Assembly (NCBI GenBank): GCA_032718475.1
Contig: JAUCBJ010008402.1
Location: 62,001 to 126,000 of the forward strand
Origin: Nemertoderma westbladi
Taxonomy: Eukaryota; Animalia; Xenacoelomorpha
Direction: 5' to 3'
Length of the DNA: 64,000 bases
Below the pieces are notes generated by a model. The model searched no databases. It worked only from the letters and a program-made list of their open reading frames with translations, and had not been told where the DNA came from. The first letter of the stretch is position 1. Every line of letters begins with the position of its first letter. Made by a program: the position numbers and the translations under genes. Shown piece after piece: positions 55,787 to 64,000 of the stretch.

Positions 55787-56588
55787 ATATAATTATATGA
55801 TGTTAGATAACCACGACTTTAGAGGGATTGTGATATTAATATGAAAACAATAAAATAGGACATGGGGTCTTATTCCCTCAAATACTACCTAGCATTTAGG
55901 GCCACTTGGGCCACTGTTAGTACTCAGGCACTAAGGCCCATCAAAAAACAAAATACCAAATCGATTTTAGTGCTACATAAACCAACCCAACTACCACATG
56001 AAAAATTACACCAAACCATACATTAACTACAGGTTCCGGTAAGTATTGCACGAAATAGGCTATCCCATAAATTACGAAAAATATAGGACATTTTGTCCGC
56101 CGAAAAGGTAAGTCTATGTAATAAATTTTATAAAAATAAAAGGGTTTCGGAGATTTAAACACTGAACCCTGGGATTCGTGGTTCTCCTCATCAGCAGTGT
56201 GCCACGAACCCCACCCCTACCCTAACAAAACTGCACCACTAAAATAAGACAATGACCAATAAATTAAAAATCCTACCGTACCACCAAACAGAGTTGAAAC
56301 CACCCACCCCCAATGTATGTTACCATCAGCCCCAAATGCATAAACATGATTCCCCACTGAAGGCAACCTACCCCAATTAGCACCTACCGGTATGATCAGA
56401 TAAATGATCAGATTTTTAAACAAAATTGCGCGATGTCAGAAAATGCCCCTGTAAATATATAATTATATGATGTTAGACAACCACGACTTTAGAGACTGAG
56501 AGAGACTTTAGAGACCAAGTGGCCCTAAATGCTAGGTAGTATCTGAGGGAATAAAATCCCATGTCCTATTTTATTGTTTTCATATTAA
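55787..56588 (-). mobile_element. Non-coding ribozyme-bearing insertion (Penelope pLTR-derived or retrozyme-like)
   Basis: TSD TTCACG(G/A)AGGGT at 55775-55786 and 56589-56600; 38-bp direct repeat at 55787-55824 and 56457-56494; 75-bp inverted copy at 55835-55909 and 56515-56589; hammerhead core inside. Confidence 0.8.
56141..56212 (-). ncRNA. Hammerhead ribozyme, non-circularly permuted
   Basis: Minus strand: GGGGUUCGUGG C ACACUG CUGAUGA GGAGA A CCACGAAUCCC AGGG UU CAGUGU UUAAA UCUCC GAAA CCCU. Full core, stems I (6 bp), II (5 bp), III (A-U plus 4 bp), GUU cleavage triplet, extra 11-bp helix. Confidence 0.85.
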
Positions 56589-57249
56589 TTCACGAAGGGT
56601 GGTTGATACAGGTGGTATTGTACCATAAAGCTGGGCGTTTGTGATGTGTTGTCTCCAGCTGATGTTTAGGGCTGCCCTTAGTAGTCTTGTGTAGCAACCA
56701 TCAATTCGTTGTTCAAGTGATTTAGTCAGTGTCCAGGTCTCACCCCCGTATAAAAATACACTTTCCACTGTGGCTCGAAAGAACTTAGTCTTCAGGTGCC
56801 TGGAGAGATCTGATTTCCAGATGGTATCCATTTTTGATAGAGCTACCCAAGCCTTTTCTTTCCTAACTTCTATGTCCTTTTTGCTACTCTCTGTCCATGA
56901 TCCTAAGTACTGGAAGTCGTCGACCTTCCTTAGTTGATTATTATCAATGGTTGTCAAGTTTCCATCAACATTAAAGCAAAGGTCATGAATTCGGTCTTGG
57001 TAGCATTTATATGCAAGCCAACCTCCTTAGCAGCCCTCTCCACTTTATTTAGTAGAAGCTGTGCATCTGCTAGCGTATTAGAGAGGAGGGCGATGTCATC
57101 CACAAAGTCTGTGACTGTAGTTGCCAGATATCTACTACTTCTGCGTTCTTGAAGTGTGAATCCCAGATCTTCACCCTTTGTGGCCATCCTCATTGCGTAA
57201 TCCAGCACAATTACAAATAGTAATATGTATGAGCATATGTATGTGAGCA

Positions 57250-57480
57250 TAGATAGATAGATAGATTTATTTATACATTATATGAAAACAATAACAAATA
57301 CACCAAACAATGTACCGGTATAAAGGTATTGTCCAACATAACATATAGGATTACCCCTAAAGCTTTGCAGCTTATTTCCAAGGGGGTCCTTTATGTTACT
57401 TGGTTACAAATACAATATTACACTACGCTAACCTAAAACCAATATAAAACATAATTACACTATGTACATGTACAACTTTA
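57250..57480 (-). mobile_element. 3' end of a Crack/L2-type LINE
   Basis: Minus-strand stem-loop AGGACCCCCTTGGAAATAAGCTGCAAAGCTTTAGGGGTAATCCT (57347-57390), AATAAA, then a (TCTA)n tail at 57250-57266. Confidence 0.6.
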
Positions 57481-57518
57481 CCGAGAGCGTGAGTGACAAT
57501 ATCCGACTCAATGATAAA

Positions 57519-58132
57519 TGTAAGCGGATTCAATTCCCTTGCATTATCCACCCGAAAATGGGACCAGTGGCATTTTACCAATATAGTTGGCGATACGATA
57601 TTACCAATAATAATCTCGCCTCATAACCAACTCAGGGGGGGGGGGGGGGGGCAATACAGGCCCTAAAGCCACAGAGAGAGGTCAAACCACCTGACAGGGA
57701 GAACACAGCTAGTCAAGGCTAGCGGCAGGGGGTAACACTTACAGGGAGTGCCAAAGTGACAATTAGTATATAAGCCAATAGCGGGCAGGGGAGCACGTGG
57801 GGAAAGATAGGAAAGCATCCATTGGGTAGCAAAAGGCCGAAGTAGAGTAGAGGTGAAACCAATATCTATGTGTATCAATCATATAGTTATCCTGATTACT
57901 GGTTTACCGGTCAGTTCATTAATCACAGAGTTGCAGACCGGTTATAGTTTTAACCATCACTTTATAACTGCTGTTGTAATTCTGTATTGCAATTTCAATC
58001 ATATACTGTTATACATTCTGTGCTATTATCATTGGAACATTAACATCGAGAGACACAAACTCTGTTATTTTCCCGACGGCCTTTGGCCAAAGATATAAGT
58101 TCAGCAGCCAAGCAGGAAGTGACGCGTATAAC
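57519..58132 (+). mobile_element. Probable 5' LTR of the BEL/Pao element (limits uncertain)
   Basis: Candidate start TGTAAGCG, TATATAA at ~57768, end GACGCGTATAAC(C), located just upstream of gag. The partner LTR is not in the window. Confidence 0.4.
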
Positions 58133-59579
58133 CTAACCCAGTCGGGATCCTTGAACTCAATCCTACTATCCAGCTTACTAAAACTATCCAGCTTACAACA
58201 GACTGTGACCGCAACCAGACTCAAGAAAGATGAATGAAGAACACCGAATGCCCCGAGAATCAGAGGGAGAAAGAACGCCGCTGCGGACCCCGGACTACAC
58301 CAACCAAACGATCCGAGAGGCCGCGAAGAGATGGTACCGGCCAGCCACCCTGGATTCGCCACCAAGGGACGAACCGAATGCCCAAGCGGAGGGCGGCCGA
58401 CAACAACGAGGAGGGAAAGACAACGACGAGTCGACGCGCGACGATGACGGCAGTTGGAGTACCGAAGTTGCCGGCCAGCCACAGGCCGAGGGTGACGGAT
58501 GGCCCACCGGAACGGCGACGGTGGGGCCGCCGGTATGACGCCGGATGAGGAGGGAAGGTAGAGTCAACGAGGAGGACATCGGGACGAGTGATCGCCTACG
58601 ATGGGCGTACAACGCCACAAAGAAACTACTGAAAGATGCTAAGGAGGGGAGAAAGGTAGACAAGCCTAAACTATACCAGAGGCTAGGTGAGTCGAATAAA
58701 CATTTCCGTTACTTAGTCCGTTTTGGACAGGGGGAACTGGTGAGTGAGAGAGCATGGGGGGTCGCCACAGAACTGTTTAAATTGTGGCGGTCCGAGGTAA
58801 TGGAGCCAGATGTAGTGTACATAGGGCCTTACCAAGTGGATGCCAGGGGAATTAAGTTAGTGGGATGGGCGGACCCGCATGACGGCATATCCGAGGTTAA
58901 CCCCGAGGATTCGGTGTCGTCGGTTAGTAAGAACCCCACTAAACGGGGGAAATTAGTAGGACAGAGAGGCGACGGGAGTCCTTCGCGACCGATATGTCCA
59001 CTACATCCTGCGAAAGCAGGAAGGGTATTAGAGATAGATCTGGCGTGTCAACTAGACATTGTGGCGCTGGATCAAAAGGAACTGGAGAAGCAGTTAGATG
59101 AGGGAACTGCACTATTAGAGAGGGAGAGAGAATTAGCGAGAGAGTGTAAAGAGAGGGCCGAGAGGGTGGCGAGAAACTATAGGGAGTGGGAGGAGAGAGA
59201 GATGAGTGAGCATAAAGAGTGCAAGGAGCGGGAGGCAAGAGTAGAAAACGAGCGCAAGATGCGGGAGATTGAGAGAATTGAGCAGGAGGCGAGAGTGGAA
59301 AACGAGTGCAAGATGCGGGAGGTTGAGAGAATTGAAAGGGAAGCGAACAAGCGCAAAGAGCGAGAAGCGAGAGAGGTAGTGAGGGTAGAGAGAGAAGCGA
59401 ACGAGCGTAGAGAGCGGGAGGCGAGGGAGACAGAATTGGCCAACCAAAGTATGAGGGAGGATAGAGAGAGAGTGTGACCGTATGGGCGGGGGGGGGGGGG
59501 GGGTAATAATAATAATACGAGTTAATTAGAGGGAGTTAATATTAATAGTACCGTGATAGACAACCCTAATCAAACCTTT

Positions 59580-61628
59580 TGTTAAACAAGCACGATCACG
59601 AGCTGGTCCTTACTATTGAACAATGCAGCATTTGCAAGCAACAAAAAACACAAAGTTGCTTCTTACCGCTAGATGGCACTAACCAGGCCATCCGCTAATA
59701 TGTTTTACTATTATTTACTATATGGCTCCACTAAATCGCTTGCTCCTTTCTCTGTTGATCGCTCAACAGAGAGCTAACTGTTTGAGCCACGCGGGAATAA
59801 CCAAAACAAAAAACCCGAAATCGGCTCCCTGAGCTACTTAAAACGAGTGTTGGTGGCCTATCACTCGGAGTTCACTTATCGCAAAACACTGGAATTCACT
59901 GGCAGAACACGTTGAATGTGAGAATATTTTAATAATCTATGGGGACAGATCTGTTTAATTTCCTAGATATCGAAACTTGGCCTTCGGCTGGTTTTAGACC
60001 AGCAAACTTACTACTGCTGTACTGTATACTGGACACTGCTGTCAGCCTGTTGCCCCGCTATTTTCAAATAACCGCCTAGCATGAATAGTCTACAGTATTC
60101 TAAACAATCACTTAAAACTACTCTCCGCTATGCTGCGTACAAATTCTTATTTTATTTTATATCGCTAAATTAATTAGTCATAAATACAAATTTGCGTACT
60201 AATTACTAGATATTCCAGAATACGTACTTCTAATTTATTATGTACTGGGTTATACTAGCAACAGCCTAAATACTGTATTATTTTGACCTAACTAACAATT
60301 AATAAGCATAAACTAAGAAATGGAAATCAATCAAGGGAAACAGCGCCTATCTAAGCATTCACATTTAAGAATCAGGCACTCTTTAGCAATACAACACAAA
60401 TAGCATAGCAATAAGCTAATAGTACGGCAGATAGCGCTAACTACACCAGTCAGCTAGTGCACTAAATACCCGTACGTTAGTACATCAGTATAACAGTATT
60501 AGTCATTCAGTCAGTCAGTGTAAGAACCACAGGCCACCCAAAGCCACACATAGGACTCCTGACTAAACCCAAATTCTGCCCCCTAATACTACAAAGTAGA
60601 GACAAAAATCTGAATCATCAGCCACCTAATACTGTAACAGCGGCTGGTCCCCAGTCCTCAACTGACTAGCCCCGACCGCAACGGTGCCCACCGCCAGCGT
60701 CGCCCCGCTTTGGATCCTCTGCACTCCCTTCCGTCGCTTCCCCCCGGTGCGCCCGCCGCACCTACCGTTACTTTAGCCCTCCATGTTAGAACAAATAGCT
60801 ACCGTATCGGCACATGCATTCACAAAACAGTCTGACAATCTAAAGGGAATCCCATAGGATTATTGCATCTCAATTACATAGAAATCAGTAATTAAATGTA
60901 GAAATCATAGTTCAAGATTGTAATTAGCAGTAACCATCATCAAATTTACGTAATTTAAGAAAAAACAGCAAAGAATTTAAATCAGAAATAACACAGAAGC
61001 AGAATAACAGCATTAAGGAATTACACAGAATATTGCAAGAAAAATAAGGACATAAGGTAAAACACATACCGGAACACGGCCAATTTATAGATCATGAAAT
61101 AGGGATGACGCAATAATCGTCTGATTGGTCCAGCAAGCCACGCCACCATTAGACCAACCTGGAACAGCTGGGCCAATAAGTAAGCCGGATTGTGCTCCTT
61201 GTCCCTCTAAATCGCAAATTATTACCATATATGGTAATGAATTGTGTCCCGGTGGGCTTATAGGTTGCTGGCCATAACATTAATTTCGAGATTATTAAAG
61301 TACATTAAGCACAATTCGATATAAAGCCAATTTAAAGGGAAATATAAATGGGAATTAATACAAATACATAATCAATTCGATCAATATTAATAAATGCCAA
61401 GCTTGTATTAAGGTTTTATAGGAACTTGCTACCGTAAATGTTATTTATTAAGGTTTTATTATAAAATTACGTACGCAAAACTACATACTATACAAAATGG
61501 ATGAGATATATGAACTTGGATATTTTATTGTCCCTATCTAATTACGGCTGTACATAATTATGACTTATCTAAATATTTCATACTGTATAATGGGCTGATA
61601 GTAGTACACAGCGTCATATATCGTAACA
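59580..61628 (-). mobile_element. 2049-bp solo LTR nested in the BEL gag
   Basis: Termini TGTTA...TAACA; 5-bp TSD CCTTT at 59575-59579 and 61629-61633. Excision restores the gag frame NPNQTF|LSGNNILPGSNNPNLNVQ. Confidence 0.88.
61084..61128 (-). promoter_or_regulatory. Candidate solo-LTR promoter: CCAAT, CRE-like TGACGCAA, TATAAA
   Basis: Minus-strand CCAAT (61124-61128), TGACGCAA (61106-61113) and TATAAA (61084-61089) in promoter order. Confidence 0.5.
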
Positions 61629-64000
61629 CCTTTCTTTCAGGAAATAATATTTTACCCGGTAGTAATAACCCTAATTTAAATGTGCAAAGTAATCTAAATA
61701 GTAACCCTAATTTAAATGTGCAAAATAATCTAAATAATAACCCTTATTCTGAGAAAAATAATTTAAATAATAATTTAGGTAACAATAATACGTTAAATAA
61801 CCCTGAAGAAATTAACCAAAATAATATCATTAGTAATAGTGTAACGAATCAGGGCAAAATTAATAACGGTGCAATTAATACAAATGCAGGGGGAACAAGC
61901 GAGCCGGCCAACGAGAGCCTGCAAGGCCACGCAGTTGCTCAGGGAGTAGCGGGGGTGAGTCAACCCAACGAGAGCCTGCAACGCCACGCAGTTCCACAGG
62001 GAGAAGCGGGGGTGAATAAACCCAGGGAGGGTAGAGATAATGCGTCGACTAGAGGGGGGCGTAGGGGCGAAGTAAGAGGTGACGGATGGGGGGGGGGGGG
62101 GGGTGGGGGCTACGGGCACCCCACCACGAGAGATTAGTGGCGAGAGGGGGGGGGGGCAGAGAATGTCCCACAATCATCAACAGGAAATGCGCGCGGCGAG
62201 TTAAGTGAGCCATGGCACCCAATGGCGGGCGACAGGGGGGGGGGGGGGGGGGCAGAGAATGTCCCACAAGCGTCGGCGGACAATGCGCGCGGCGAGTTAG
62301 GTGGACCATGCGGCACCCGACGACAGAGAATAGTAGGGGGATTGCGAATATCCCCAGCACCGTCCAACCAGGGCAGAGAGAGAGACGTTGGCGCCGTGAG
62401 CGGGCGAGCGAGAAGACGTCGAGCCCAGTCGGAAGACGGAAGAGGAACAGTGGAGTTTATCCGGGAGGTCGAAGCGAGATCTCACGAGGAGGAACACTGC
62501 ACTGAAGCGAGACGAAGTGAGGAGAATCGAAGGAGCGTTGCTACGAGCAACGGAGAGGAAGGACGGACAGTGAACCGTCAGTAGTCGAGATGGAGTCAGA
62601 GAGCCGGTGGGGTCGTACTCCGGGAGATTGCCGTCGCCCCGGAGAATCACAACCTGGCGAGATATACCACACACCGGGAGAGGGGTACAGGATGTACCGG
62701 TGCGAGGATGAAGACAGGAGAGGGGATCGAAGAGAAACTTCCCGACGGAACGTAGCTGCCGATCGAGAATATGGTAGTCGCGGGGAGGACTTCTTGGAAT
62801 ATTCGAGAAGATTAAACTTCGGTCCGGAAGGACACAGGCAGACTGCAGGACATTCTGTAGGCCTTACTGCACATACTATAGGCCATGCTGGGAGAGATAG
62901 TGTAGGCGATAGGGTAGCGCAGACAACGGGATTAGACCCGGAAGTCGCGGCATACATACCTGTAGGTAGGCAAGAAGTGGATAGGCCTATACCGGTACCT
63001 GCATGCACACCAGTATGACTATAACATGCAGGGATTTAATATATACCCAGGGGAGGGGGGAGCTATTGTCGATAGTGCATGGGCCCTAACATGATAACAT
63101 CAACCCCAGTACCAAATATAACACCGGTGGGGGGGGGGGGGGGGGGGGGGGCAGGGTGACATTCCCCCATTGCAATATCAGCAATACACTCAACCAAGAA
63201 CAAAATCCCCAAACCACTCAGACCCAAATAAGTCGTGTGACACGGAGATATGGAGGGGACCGTTACCCCCAATGATATATCCTACACAAAGAAAGTCGAC
63301 AGGCCCAACGGGCGAACCGCACCCAACAGCAAGGGAGTCTGCACCACAACTATCGAGCGCGCTAGAAGTACAAGCGATGGGAATGGCAACACTCATCGAC
63401 ATGCTAAAGACCAGAATCGAGCTACCACCAGTGGAGCCGTTCAAATTCGATGGTAGTAAGCCGGAGGAATACCTGCAATTCTGGGGTATGTACAGTAACG
63501 AAATATTAACGAAGAACCTGACGCAGGCGGAGTGCCAAAAATACTTACAAGTTTACACAGGGGGGCCAGCATATGACATCGTAAGGCAGTACCAAGGTAT
63601 CGAAGGTGGATTCACGACTGCATGGTGGGCCCTGGACAGGGAATTCGGGCATCCTGCGAAGATCATCCAACAAACCTTAAGGGGAATAACATCAGGCGGA
63701 CTACAGGATAACCCTGTCAGCATCAAGACCTTCGCAAATAAAGTCGAAAAGGCGCTGATAGTGCTAAAGACCCTTGATGCACCTTACGAACTCAACGCAT
63801 CGAATAACATCACTACAATAGCGCAGGCACTACCGATCTGGCTGAGGAACAAGTGGAGAAAGATTGCCTTCTCCACCAGATAGAAGAAGGGTGCGGAGCC
63901 AGGGCTAGAGGAGATGTCAAACTTCCTTAACTATGAGGCGGAGCTGATTACAGACCCACTCTACAGCGAGGATAGTTTGGGGAGGGCACCGAAAGCTGAA

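Larger units (their letters stand above)
55500..57230 (-). mobile_element. 5'-truncated RTE/RTEX-like LINE interrupted by an 802-bp insertion
   Basis: LFVIVLDYAMR...DFVDDIALL...GLHINATKTEFM; VDDFQYLGSW...LYGGETW...STTLRE | HCWRSKDKVIPDLLLWQPTHGKRSRGRP...MENREAWK (resumes below 55786); (GACA)n-like tail at ~55520-55550. Confidence 0.9.
58230..64000 (+). mobile_element. BEL/Pao LTR retrotransposon gag region, decayed, runs off the right edge
   Basis: VNPEDSVSSV motif and E/R-rich coiled coil (58545-59477); DUF1759-like IELPPVEPFKFDGSKPEEYLQFW...KYLQVYTGGPA...AWWALDREFG...LPIWLRNKW...FLNYEAE...DPLYS (63400-64000). Several stops and frameshifts. Confidence 0.9.

Noticed and set aside
55941-56423. 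Two hydrophobic minus-strand ORFs in the ribozyme unit
   Set aside because: Short, non-ATG starts, and the hydrophobicity reflects GT-rich composition.

Overview
Repeat-dominated window from a metazoan (probably invertebrate) nuclear genome; no prokaryotic features. One host exon missed by the ORF track (7841-8035, +) encodes the coiled-coil region of a Rab11-FIP3/4 (Nuf)-family protein, so the rest is probably giant intron. It contains a 47-bp satellite (1-7798); a decayed ~8-kb APE-type LINE with a repeat region, a Ulp1-like protease, a coiled coil and an RRM upstream of its endonuclease, and with the RT core deleted; a ~36-kb 46-bp satellite with two subfamilies and kb-scale duplications; RTE-like LINE fragments; a Crack/L2-type 3' end; and a BEL/Pao gag split by a 2049-bp solo LTR. 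The most notable item is an 802-bp non-coding insertion (55787-56588, 12-bp TSD, terminal redundancy, 5' inversion) carrying a complete hammerhead ribozyme core in a non-circularly permuted, pseudoknotted strand order with an extra 11-bp helix (56141-56212, minus strand). All calls are by eye; no searches or folding were run.
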